A DNA stretch of 64,000 nt from a virus (lineage: Duplodnaviria > Caudoviricetes), in the IMG/VR virus record IMGVR_UViG_3300042465_002598, positions 1,261 through 65,260 of that record; one strand, given 5' to 3'. Under the pieces are notes generated by a model that saw nothing but the letters and a program-made list of their open reading frames with translations, was not told the origin of the DNA and searched no databases. Positions 34,377 through 43,948 of this stretch are shown piece after piece. Positions within the stretch are counted from its first letter, which is position 1. Each line of letters starts with the position of its first letter. Made by a program: the position numbers and the translations under genes.

Positions 34377-36227
34377 ATGCCCCTGAAGAAAATCGTATTC
34401 AAGCCCGGTGTAAACCGCGAAAACACGCGGTACACAACCGAGGGTGGTTGGTACGACTGCGACAAAGTTCGTTTCCGTCAGGGCACGCCTGAGAAGATCG
34501 GCGGATGGACACGTATCTCGGCAGATACGTACTACGGCATCTGTCGCTCCATGTGGGCCTGGGCCACGTTCACCGGTGTCAAGTACCTGGGCATGGGTAC
34601 GAACTCCAAGTATTACGCTATGGGTGGCGGGGCGTACTACGACATTACGCCTGTGGTTGCTACCGTCACGCTGACAAACCCCTTCACTACGACATCTGGA
34701 TCAACCACGGTACTGGTCACTGAGATAGCGCACGGGCGGACTAACGAGACCTTTGTGACGTACAGCGGAGCTTCTGCTGTTGGCGGAATCACGATAAACG
34801 GTGAATACCAGATCACGTACCTGACCGTCGATACGTACGAGATCACTGCGGCGTCTCCGGCGTCTTCCAACGCTACGGGGGGCGGAACAGTCACGGCTGC
34901 GTACCAAGTCAACGCAGGGGCTCCGATTGAAATCCCGCTGTCTGGCTGGGGCGCGGGGGCTTGGGGTGCTGGTGCCTGGGGTATTGGCACGACGGCCTTC
35001 GATTCGCTGCGCATCTGGAATCACCAGAACTTCGGTGAAGACCTGATCTTCGGCCCCAAGGGCGGAGCGCTGTACTATTGGGACTCTTCCGTAGGCACGG
35101 GCACGCGAGGTGTTCCGGTCTCGGGGCTTTCGGGTGCGTCGGACGTTCCCTCGTCGCACTTGCTGCTGGTGGTCTCCGATACGTCGCGCTTCGTGTTCGC
35201 GCTGGGTTGTCCAGACTACGGCTCCACCACGCTCGACCCGATGCTGGTTCGCTGGTCGGATCAGGAGAGCGCAGTCAACTGGACGCCCTCCGCCACTGGG
35301 CAGGCCGGGTCTTTGCGCCTGTCTCACGGTTCCACGATCCTTGCGTACCTGCAAGTCCGCCAAGAGATTCTTGTTTGGACAGACACCTCGCTGTATTCGT
35401 TGCAGTACCTGGGGCCTCCGATTGTCTGGGGTTCGCAAATCCTGTCCGACAACGTGACCATCATCAACGACCGCGCCTGCGCAGTGGCGGCTGGCATTAC
35501 GTACTGGATGGGAGAGAAGAAGTTCTACATGTACGATGGCCGGGTAACCACACTGCCCTGTGACGTTCGCCAGTACGTGTTTGGGGACTTTAACTTCGAC
35601 CAAGCAGAACAAGTGTTCGCGGGGTCTGTCGAGCAGTTTGGCGAAATCTGGTGGTTCTACTGCTCGGCCAACAGCACTGTCGTAGACAAGTACGTGATCT
35701 ACAACTACCTTGAAAAGGCATGGTACTACGGCACGCTTGGCAGGACTGCGTGGATTGACGCCAGCATCGTCAGCGACTACCCGATTGCGGCCACGTACTC
35801 CAACAACCTCGTTTACCACGAGTTCGGCACAGACAACCTTGAAACGCAGAGTTCTCAAGCCATCGAGGCGTACATCACATCTTCTGAGTTTGACATCGAG
35901 GACGGACACAACTTCGGGTTTGTATGGCGGGTGATTCCTGACATCACATTCCGTGGATCGAGCGCGGGCTCCCCTGCTGCAACGATGACGCTACTGCCGC
36001 TTCAGAACTCAGGCTCGGGCTACAACAATCCCGCCTCTGTTGGCGGCTCTGACAACGGCGTTGTGACGCGCAGTGCGACGGTGCCTATTGAGCAGTTCAC
36101 CCAGCAGATTAACGTGCGCGTACGCGGGCGGCAGATGGCGTTTAAGGTTGCGTCTAGTGCGCTCGGCGTTCAGTGGCAGCTTGGGTCTCCCAGAATCGAC
36201 ATCCGGCCTGATGGGCGTAAATCGTGA
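34377..36227 (+). CDS. Tail nozzle / DNA stabilization protein (P22 gp10-like)
   Basis: 616 aa, beta-propeller-like composition, VRWSDQE; upstream of ejection genes. Confidence 0.65.
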   Translation: MPLKKIVFKPGVNRENTRYTTEGGWYDCDKVRFRQGTPEKIGGWTRISADTYYGICRSMWAWATFTGVKYLGMGTNSKYYAMGGGAYYDITPVVATVTLTNPFTTTSGSTTVLVTEIAHGRTNETFVTYSGASAVGGITINGEYQITYLTVDTYEITAASPASSNATGGGTVTAAYQVNAGAPIEIPLSGWGAGAWGAGAWGIGTTAFDSLRIWNHQNFGEDLIFGPKGGALYYWDSSVGTGTRGVPVSGLSGASDVPSSHLLLVVSDTSRFVFALGCPDYGSTTLDPMLVRWSDQESAVNWTPSATGQAGSLRLSHGSTILAYLQVRQEILVWTDTSLYSLQYLGPPIVWGSQILSDNVTIINDRACAVAAGITYWMGEKKFYMYDGRVTTLPCDVRQYVFGDFNFDQAEQVFAGSVEQFGEIWWFYCSANSTVVDKYVIYNYLEKAWYYGTLGRTAWIDASIVSDYPIAATYSNNLVYHEFGTDNLETQSSQAIEAYITSSEFDIEDGHNFGFVWRVIPDITFRGSSAGSPAATMTLLPLQNSGSGYNNPASVGGSDNGVVTRSATVPIEQFTQQINVRVRGRQMAFKVASSALGVQWQLGSPRIDIRPDGRKS

Positions 36228-37576
36228 GTATCTGGGCAAATGTTGTCAAGCGGTTCACATCGCCTTCGCTGCCAAGGCCACCAGCGGAGTATGAGCAGAG
36301 CTACCAAAACAACTTCATCAACATCCTTCGTCTGTACTTTAACCAGTTAGACGAGCTTCTGAGGCAAATCGTGTCAGCACAACCCGTAAGCGTCAATTTC
36401 TACGGCAGTGCGGTTGATGCGTTTGGCCGCGCCAGAACGAGCCTGCCTTACACGCTCTTTGACTCTCAGAACCGCTACGAGAAGAACGACCTGTTTAGCG
36501 AGACCACCGCCACGGGCGGGACGGTGACGTACACGGCCAACGAGAGCACGGTCAACCTGAACGTCACGACAAGCAGCGGCTCCGAGGTTGTGCGTCAGAC
36601 GCTCCGCTCTTTCCCTTACCAGCCGGGTAAGGGCCTGTTGGCAATGAACACCTTCGTCATGGGCGCGGCGCAGGCGAACTTGCGGATGCGGGTGGGGTAC
36701 TTCAACACGGAGAACGGCGTCTTCTTTGAGCGCGACGGCTCGGCGTTGTACATGGTGCGCCGCACCTACGTGTCGGGCACTGCCGTGGATACGCGAGTGG
36801 CGCAGACAGACTGGAACGGCGACAAACTCAACGGCACGGGGGACTCAGGGTTCACCCTTGACCTGACCAAGGCGCAAATCTTCTGGGAGGACTTTGAGTG
36901 GCTGGGCGTGGGCTCGGTGCGGTGCGGGTTCGTCATTGACGGGCAGACCATCGTCTGCCACACGTTCAACAATGCAAACAACCTGACCACCGTCTACATG
37001 ACCACGGCGATCCTGCCCGTGCGGTACGAGGTCACAAACACCGGAGCCACTGCCGCGTCGGCAACGCTCAAGCAAATCTGCTCCACGGTGATCTCCGAGG
37101 GCGGCTACGAGAAGAAAGTGGTTCCGACCGTGGTCAGGATGACAACGGCCAACACGAACATTGGCAGTGCTTTTGTCCCGTTGATGTCGATCCGGCTGGC
37201 CTCGGGCAGGACGGGCGCGGTCATCGTGCCTGATGGGTACTCGGTGCTCCCTACAGCGTCTTCGTCCGTGACGTTTGAGGTCGTCGCAGTCAAGAACCCC
37301 ACCCTGACCGGCGCGTCCTGGGGGGCAACGGACTCCAACAACGTTGAGCGAGACCTGTCGGCCACGAGCTACACGGGCGGCACGATTGTGTTTTCGCAGT
37401 ACGTACTGGCTTCAAACCAGTCCAGCGGCCTGATCGGAAACGGTCAAGAATACAACTGGGAGTTGCAGCTTGGCGCTACCATCGGGGGTGTGAGTGACAT
37501 TTACACCATCGCCGTCCGGGCGCTCAGCGGCACGCAGACAGCCATCGGCTCCATGTCCTTCTGGGATTTGACATGA
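36224..37576 (+). CDS. Tail-associated protein with C-terminal beta-sandwich domains
   Basis: Helical N-terminus LRLYFNQLD, then DAFGR...YQPGK...EWLGVG. Confidence 0.65.
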   Translation: MSIWANVVKRFTSPSLPRPPAEYEQSYQNNFINILRLYFNQLDELLRQIVSAQPVSVNFYGSAVDAFGRARTSLPYTLFDSQNRYEKNDLFSETTATGGTVTYTANESTVNLNVTTSSGSEVVRQTLRSFPYQPGKGLLAMNTFVMGAAQANLRMRVGYFNTENGVFFERDGSALYMVRRTYVSGTAVDTRVAQTDWNGDKLNGTGDSGFTLDLTKAQIFWEDFEWLGVGSVRCGFVIDGQTIVCHTFNNANNLTTVYMTTAILPVRYEVTNTGATAASATLKQICSTVISEGGYEKKVVPTVVRMTTANTNIGSAFVPLMSIRLASGRTGAVIVPDGYSVLPTASSSVTFEVVAVKNPTLTGASWGATDSNNVERDLSATSYTGGTIVFSQYVLASNQSSGLIGNGQEYNWELQLGATIGGVSDIYTIAVRALSGTQTAIGSMSFWDLT

Positions 37577-39888
37577 TCGACCGCAGACTCATGGGTGAGG
37601 GAGACGACTTCTTCAACCCCAGGGACGCCTCGTTCCTGACAAATATCGTTGGTGGCACTACCGCCGCTCCCGCCGCATCTCCTGCCGCTGTCTCCCCCTC
37701 TGACTGGGCGCGCACTTACCTAGACACTTACCGCACCCCGGGCAGCGAAGAAGTTCTAGCGTACGAGACAAAGCCGTATGAGTTTGGGGCAAGAGACGAA
37801 GATATCCTTCGTTCGCTCGGGTTTACAGGTGGCGCACTCAAAGATGTAACAGAGGGCTTCGGAGAGTACGCCAACACCTACCAAGAGCTAAGCCCCGAAG
37901 CACAAGAGTTTCTCCGTCAAGGCGGCTACCAACTCGCGTCCAAGCGTGGCAAAGGCGGAGATTGGTTCACGGCTCTGGACCCCACTGGTAAGGCGGTCGG
38001 GCAGTCGTTCTTCCGCGAAGACCCAAAAGACAGTGCTGCGGTAAACCTTGGGTTTGCCGCTTTTCAAGCCATGATTGGCAATCTTGCCGGTCCAGGCATG
38101 GCGCTTGTAAACGCCGCTCGTGCTGCGGATCAGGGGGACATCCTTGGTGTCATTGCTTCCGGCGCATCCGGCCTCGGCGGGCTTGGCGCGGTTCCGGCAG
38201 ACCTTGCCAAGACTGTTGGACAGGCTGCTCAGGTTGGGCGTGCCATTCAGCGTGAAGACCCACTCGGCCTCTTGGCCTCTGGTTCAGCGTTGCTCGATGT
38301 CAAGAATATCGCCGGGATGCCGGTCAAAGATGTATTGAACTACGGCAAAGTCGCTCAGGCTATTGCTAACGAAGACCCGTTGGCGGCGCTTATGGCGCTT
38401 GGAAACACGCCGGTCGGTAAGGACATGAAGCCCTCAACGGAAATCACAAATCCGCTGAGCATTGTGTCGAATCTGTACAGCGCTTCGCAGGGCGACCCGC
38501 GTGCGTTGCTTGACGCCATAAAGACCATTGGTTATGAGGCAGAGGCCCGTTCAGTTGATGAACCGTCCGCGCCCAAGACAACCGACCCGATCCTCTCACA
38601 GATCATCGATGCGTTTCAGAACGCAGACCTTGGCAGTGCAGGTGTAGGGACGCAGGTGGCGTCTACGGGCGACGATGTGCTGTCGCTGCTTGGCGGCTCC
38701 AAGATCACGAGTGGCCTAGACCCTGACGAGATTCTTGCCGGGTCCGTTGCTGAGCGGGCGAGCGACGAAGAACTACTCAGGTACATCCTGCCGGATTACT
38801 TGTTTGATAGGAGCACTGCCGACCAACGCATCGAGATCACCGCACCGCCTGAACCCATTCCGCCCACGCTCGACGTTGATGAGATTCTTCGCACGCCGAT
38901 TCCACGGGAAGACTTGGGTATCTCGGCAACTCCAGCCGACCAACGCATCGAGATTACTGCGCCGCCTGAACCCATTCCGCCCACGCTTGATGTCGAAGAG
39001 ATTCTTCGCACACCGATTCCTCTGGAGGACATCGGCGTTCCCGCTACGCCGGTAGATCAGCGGGTAGAAGTCGTAGCTCCACGCAGCACCCCTGAACCCA
39101 TTCCGCCCACGCTTGATGTCGAAGAGATTCTTCGCACACCGATTCCTTTGGAAGACATCGGCGTTCCGCCCACTCCTGCTGATCAGCGGGTGGAGGTTGT
39201 AGCTCCGCGAGGCACCCCTGAACCCATTCCGCCCACGCTTGATGTCGAAGAGATTCTTCGCACACCGATTCCTTTGGAAGACATCGGCGTCCCGCCCACT
39301 CCCGCTGACCAAAGGATAGAAGTTGTAGCTCCGCGAGGCACCCCCGCACCTATCCCGCCTGTACTCGACGTTGACGAGATTCTTCGCACACCGATTCCTC
39401 TGGAGGACATCGGCGTTCCCGCTACGCCTGTTCTTGAGCCTCTGACGGATGGTGAGCGGCGGTTTGACGTAAAGGAAGGCGAGCCTGCCCGGGTAGAGAT
39501 TGTTGCGCCGCGTGGTGGAATCGAGCCAATCCCTCCCATACTCGACGTTGACGAGATTCTTCGCACACCGATTCCTCTGGAGGACATCGGCGTTCCCGCT
39601 ACGCCTGTTCTAGACTACCCCCCGCCAGCACCCACCCCTGCTCCGGCTCCGGCTCCGGCTCCTGCGCCCGCATCTCCCCCCGCCGCTCCTACTCCTCCCC
39701 CTGCTCCGGCTCCTGCGGCAAAACCCAAGGACATGGACTGGCTTGCATTGCTGGCGCTTCTCGGCCAGCAGGGGCAGCGGGCACCAGAACCCTACCAAGT
39801 TGCGCAGATTACTGCGCGCTCTCCCTTCGGGTCGATACTGGACGACGAAACATCGCAGGACGACCTACTGAGAATTCTGAGAGGTTGA
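37573..39888 (+). CDS. Putative internal virion (ejection) protein with tandem repeats
   Basis: 771 aa, acidic, six internal repeats, Pro-Ala linker. Confidence 0.6.
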   Translation: MIDRRLMGEGDDFFNPRDASFLTNIVGGTTAAPAASPAAVSPSDWARTYLDTYRTPGSEEVLAYETKPYEFGARDEDILRSLGFTGGALKDVTEGFGEYANTYQELSPEAQEFLRQGGYQLASKRGKGGDWFTALDPTGKAVGQSFFREDPKDSAAVNLGFAAFQAMIGNLAGPGMALVNAARAADQGDILGVIASGASGLGGLGAVPADLAKTVGQAAQVGRAIQREDPLGLLASGSALLDVKNIAGMPVKDVLNYGKVAQAIANEDPLAALMALGNTPVGKDMKPSTEITNPLSIVSNLYSASQGDPRALLDAIKTIGYEAEARSVDEPSAPKTTDPILSQIIDAFQNADLGSAGVGTQVASTGDDVLSLLGGSKITSGLDPDEILAGSVAERASDEELLRYILPDYLFDRSTADQRIEITAPPEPIPPTLDVDEILRTPIPREDLGISATPADQRIEITAPPEPIPPTLDVEEILRTPIPLEDIGVPATPVDQRVEVVAPRSTPEPIPPTLDVEEILRTPIPLEDIGVPPTPADQRVEVVAPRGTPEPIPPTLDVEEILRTPIPLEDIGVPPTPADQRIEVVAPRGTPAPIPPVLDVDEILRTPIPLEDIGVPATPVLEPLTDGERRFDVKEGEPARVEIVAPRGGIEPIPPILDVDEILRTPIPLEDIGVPATPVLDYPPPAPTPAPAPAPAPAPASPPAAPTPPPAPAPAAKPKDMDWLALLALLGQQGQRAPEPYQVAQITARSPFGSILDDETSQDDLLRILRG
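38818..39610 (+). repeat. Six in-frame repeats of about 39-42 aa
   Basis: DQR(I/V)E(IT/VV)AP...PIPPxLDVxEILRTPIPLEDIG. Confidence 0.95.
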
Positions 39889-39889
39889 T

Positions 39890-40699
39890 ATGAACGACGA
39901 CGAAAAGTACGGCATCGGTGATGCCCAGCAGTTTTTTGGTAATGTTGCGCCGTGGGCTCAGGAGTTCTACAGTAACGAGGGGCGTAATTACACGACGCCC
40001 ATTACCACGGACGAAGGCTACTACAGTAACGAGGGGCGTAATTACACGACACCCATTATCACGGACGAAGGCTACTACAGTAACGAGGGGCGCAACTACC
40101 CAACGCCTGAATCTACCCAAGGCCCAGGTGGTAGTCCTATAAATGCCTCGATGGCGACAGGTTTGGACAGGTTCTTAAACGCCCTCAAAGGTCTTGGCTC
40201 CAAGGCGGGTAATTTTGCCCAGACCCCCCAGGGCATCATGTCTCTGCTGGCTGCACTGGCTGCGTACAGAGATCGCGCTCGTCCGTCCGGTGGTGGGACA
40301 ACGATGGCTTATGCAGGCCCCAAGCCGGTGACGCGCACGATGACGCAGGGCAAGTACGGACCCATCGCCCAATACGCAGCCCAAGGCGGGCTCATGCAAG
40401 CCTACGCCCAAGGCGGACACGTGAAGATGGAAGATGGTGGTTTCGTGCTGACCAAGCGGGCCGTTGATGGCGCAGGTGGTCCAAAAGGCTTGGCGGCGCT
40501 GATGCCGCAGGCTAGAATGATCCAAGGCCCCGGCACGGGCACGAGCGATAGTATCCCGGCCAGCATCCAAGGCCGCAGCGGTGTCACTCCCGCCAAGGTA
40601 TCAAACGGTGAAGCGTACGTTCCCCGTAAGGCGGTTGAAGACGCCGGAGGCCCCGAAGCCATGTACGCGCTGATGCACAAACTCCAGCGGAGGGCATGA
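39890..40699 (+). CDS. Putative internal virion protein
   Basis: YSNEGRNY x3; AQGG x2; GPGTGTSDSIPA...SNGE motif. Confidence 0.7.
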   Translation: MNDDEKYGIGDAQQFFGNVAPWAQEFYSNEGRNYTTPITTDEGYYSNEGRNYTTPIITDEGYYSNEGRNYPTPESTQGPGGSPINASMATGLDRFLNALKGLGSKAGNFAQTPQGIMSLLAALAAYRDRARPSGGGTTMAYAGPKPVTRTMTQGKYGPIAQYAAQGGLMQAYAQGGHVKMEDGGFVLTKRAVDGAGGPKGLAALMPQARMIQGPGTGTSDSIPASIQGRSGVTPAKVSNGEAYVPRKAVEDAGGPEAMYALMHKLQRRA

Positions 40700-42246
40700 T
40701 GGCTAATACGTGGTACAGCCCGACACTAGGTAAGTCCTTTGACTTCGCTGAAGGATATACACCCCCAACAAGCGAAGGTTGGACGCAAGGCTCTTCCGCA
40801 ACATCTATGGTGCCCAACACAACGCCGACTACTACGTCCAACCCTGTAGGCGGTGCAACGACTGCGGGACTTGACCCAACTCAGTCCACTCTCTCCCCCA
40901 ACTTCTCACAGTATGCCTACAACATGCTGGGGAAGGCGGAGGGGCTCGCCAACCTGCCATATCAGGAGTACACAGGTCAGCGCTTTGCTGGCCCTTCGGC
41001 GCTTCAGCAGCAGGCGTTCCAGGGACTTGGCGCACTTGGCCCTTCGGCAGGTACTCAGGCCGGGGTGCAGGCAGCGCAGGGCGCACTGACGGGGCTCCAG
41101 AATTTGCAGCCCTACCAAGCGGGCACGTTCAATGTTCCGGGTGTCAGTGCGCAGCAAATCTCAGCCAATTACCAAGCACCGACCGCCTTTACCCCGTCAG
41201 ACATCTCTTCCACCTTCAAGGCACCAACGCCTTATCAAGCGGGTACGTTCCAGACGGGCTACACGCCCGGGGCGTTTGATACAGGGCTTGGAGGTGTTAA
41301 GTCCATTCAGGAGTACATGTCGCCGTATCAGCAGGGCGTCGTTGACATCCAGGCTCGTGAAGCTCGGCGGCAGGCGGATATCGGACGGCAGGCAGAGCAG
41401 GCGCGTCTTGCTCAGGCCGGTGCCTATGGCGGCTCTCGTCAGGCCATCATGGAGGCTGAGCGCCAGCGCAACCTCGGTCAGCAGATCGGGGATATCCAAG
41501 AGAAGGGCCTTCAGTCTGCGTATGACCGTGCGCTTCAGCAGCGTCTCCAAGAGTCGGGTCTTGGCCTTCAGGCTCAAGAAATGGGGGAGCGGGCCAAACA
41601 GTTCGGTGTCACCTCGGGGCTTCAGGCCCAGCAGATGGGTGAGACATCGCGGCAGTTTGCTGCACAGCAGGGCATGACCGCTGCTCAACTCCAAGCGCAG
41701 TTCGGGCTCGACGCGGCCAAGGCAAACGAGCTTTCTCGCCAGTTTGGCTACCAGCAGCAGATGACGGCGCAACAGCTTCGGGCGCAGTTCGGACTCGACG
41801 CGGCCAAGGCCAACCAGATGGCCTCACTCCAGGCAGCGCAGGCCACGCAGAACGCAGCGATGGAGGCGCAACGCTTGCAGGAGCAGTCCCGCCAGTTTGG
41901 TGCGAACTACGGACTCCAGGGGCTTCAAGCACAGGTGGGGGCTGCGGGCACGCTCGGCACGCTTGGCGGGCAAGAATTCCAGCAGGGGCTTAGTGCGTTG
42001 CAGCAACAGCTTGCAGCCGGGGCCACACAGCAGCAGTTTGAGCAGCAGCCGCTGGACTTCGGTTATCAGCAGTTCCAAGAGTCTATGAAGTACCCTTATC
42101 AGCAGGCGACGTTCATGCAGAGTATGTTGCAGGGTATGCCGCTGGCTTCGCGTCCGTATGACTCAGGGGCCTCTGGGATGACTTCCGCGCTTCAGGGCGG
42201 GCTGAGTTCGTTGGCGTTGCTCAAGGCGTTGGGGATCGGGGGCTAA
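40696..42246 (+). CDS. Gln-rich DNA ejection/pilot-like protein
   Basis: YMSPYQQGVV, GAYGGSRQA, repeated SRQFG. Confidence 0.7.
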   Translation: MMANTWYSPTLGKSFDFAEGYTPPTSEGWTQGSSATSMVPNTTPTTTSNPVGGATTAGLDPTQSTLSPNFSQYAYNMLGKAEGLANLPYQEYTGQRFAGPSALQQQAFQGLGALGPSAGTQAGVQAAQGALTGLQNLQPYQAGTFNVPGVSAQQISANYQAPTAFTPSDISSTFKAPTPYQAGTFQTGYTPGAFDTGLGGVKSIQEYMSPYQQGVVDIQAREARRQADIGRQAEQARLAQAGAYGGSRQAIMEAERQRNLGQQIGDIQEKGLQSAYDRALQQRLQESGLGLQAQEMGERAKQFGVTSGLQAQQMGETSRQFAAQQGMTAAQLQAQFGLDAAKANELSRQFGYQQQMTAQQLRAQFGLDAAKANQMASLQAAQATQNAAMEAQRLQEQSRQFGANYGLQGLQAQVGAAGTLGTLGGQEFQQGLSALQQQLAAGATQQQFEQQPLDFGYQQFQESMKYPYQQATFMQSMLQGMPLASRPYDSGASGMTSALQGGLSSLALLKALGIGG

Positions 42247-42248
42247 GC

Positions 42249-43946
42249 ATGTTCGCACAGTCGCAGGGTATTCAGGGGCTCCCCAGCGCTCAACAAGCGC
42301 CGGGGCAAGGGGCGGGGATGGCTCCGGGTCAGGCTGCGCCGCAGCAGGTGGTCCCACAGAAACAGAGCGCTACGCCCGCGTCGAAGATTGCCGCCCTTGA
42401 GTCGCAGCTAATCCCGCTGAGTCCGGGTAACGCGGCGATGCTGGAACAGCGCAAGATGCAACTCATGCAGATGTATGCGCAAGAGCCCACGATTGAACTG
42501 CTTGAGAGGCTGACCAAGACAGCGGAGGCAATCAAGACCGCCAATGCTCAGACCCAGCAGCAAGCGATGGCCGCGTATGCCCAGCAGGGTCCACAGACTG
42601 TTGCGGATATGGTCAGGCAAGACGCGATGGCAACCACGCCCGCCGCTCAGGGCGGCATCATGCAGGGCTTCTCGGGCGGTGGTGCGGTTGCGTTCCAGAG
42701 CGGTGGCTACGCCCCTGACTACCAAGACGCACGCCGGTTTGGTATTGATTTGAGCCCTTACGATTCCCCCGCAGTTCGCGCCCAAAAACTAGAACGCCTC
42801 AAGAAGATGCGCGAGTTTGAAGCGCAGATGGCACAGGGCCGTGCCGAGATTCCTACGGAGGCGGGACTCGCAGCGGCGGAAGCTGCTTCTGAAACCCAAC
42901 GCCTGAAGGCACGACCGACTAACGTCATGGGGCAGATTGCCCCCACCCCTCAACGCGCACCTCGTCCGGGTACTGGTCGCCCTGCCGCTGCCCCTGCTCC
43001 CGCCGCTGCGGCTCCTACGCCTGAGGTAACCCCTGCGCCCAAGACCGACAACTGGGCTGACATCGAACAGCAGGGGCTCAAGGGCATCGCTGCCTTGCAG
43101 GATGTGTACCGCAAGCAGAGCGAAGTGGACCCGGAGCTTGCGCGCCTCCGTGGGGCTGCGTACGAGTCGGCTCAAAGCATCGCTCAGCGTCGGGAGCGTG
43201 ATCGCCTTGCCGCGCTTGAAGCGGCTCAGAGGGCTGCGTCTGCACCCCTGCTTGACAGTCAAGAAGCTATGCTCCACCTTGCCGGGTCTATCAACAGCAG
43301 GATGCGGGCGGGTGATGCGCTTAGCGCAATGGCTGGCACCGCTGGTGGCATCCGTGGCGAGCAGCGCAAGGCGCTTGAAGCAGCCCAGCGTGAGAGTCGT
43401 CTGGAGCAGAACGCCATCGATCAACTCAACCAAGCGCTGGCCGAGAAGCGTGTGGCGGATCGCAGCGGTGACGTTGATCGGATGCGTGCAGCGGATACCA
43501 AGGTGGCCGAGGCCCAACTCAAGGTCACTGAACTGCGTTCCAACGTCCAAGAGAAACGTGCTACCGAAGCAGATCGCGCTGAACAGCGGGCGCTTACGAA
43601 GCGAGGGCAGGACATCACCCGGCAAACATCTCTTGATGTGGCGCGTATTGGAGCATCGGCTCGGGAAGGTACCGCCGATGTCGCCCAACAGCGCCTTGCG
43701 ATCCAAGCTATGCGGGCCGATCCTAACTACGCTTCGGTAGTGAAGGAATTGACTGAGGCGCAGAAAGTAGCCGCGATCAGCAAGTCCCCCGCTGCCCAGG
43801 CCCGCCTGTCCGCTGCCAAGGCCGCTGCCAGCAATTTGGCTAACGCGTACGGAGTGAATCCTGCTATGGTGGGCGGTGCAGCACCTGCTGCACCTACTGA
43901 CACCGCAGCGCCTGCGGGTTGGGGCAAGGCAACCGAGGTAAAGTAA
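42249..43946 (+). CDS. Putative internal virion protein
   Basis: Ala/Gln-rich helical; AQGG, FSGGG, FQSGG. Confidence 0.65.
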   Translation: MFAQSQGIQGLPSAQQAPGQGAGMAPGQAAPQQVVPQKQSATPASKIAALESQLIPLSPGNAAMLEQRKMQLMQMYAQEPTIELLERLTKTAEAIKTANAQTQQQAMAAYAQQGPQTVADMVRQDAMATTPAAQGGIMQGFSGGGAVAFQSGGYAPDYQDARRFGIDLSPYDSPAVRAQKLERLKKMREFEAQMAQGRAEIPTEAGLAAAEAASETQRLKARPTNVMGQIAPTPQRAPRPGTGRPAAAPAPAAAAPTPEVTPAPKTDNWADIEQQGLKGIAALQDVYRKQSEVDPELARLRGAAYESAQSIAQRRERDRLAALEAAQRAASAPLLDSQEAMLHLAGSINSRMRAGDALSAMAGTAGGIRGEQRKALEAAQRESRLEQNAIDQLNQALAEKRVADRSGDVDRMRAADTKVAEAQLKVTELRSNVQEKRATEADRAEQRALTKRGQDITRQTSLDVARIGASAREGTADVAQQRLAIQAMRADPNYASVVKELTEAQKVAAISKSPAAQARLSAAKAAASNLANAYGVNPAMVGGAAPAAPTDTAAPAGWGKATEVK

Positions 43947-43948
43947 TC

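Noticed and set aside
39620-39720. Pro-Ala repeats (also about 45580-45650) as DNA repeat elements
   Set aside because: Degenerate at synonymous positions; ordinary flexible protein linkers.
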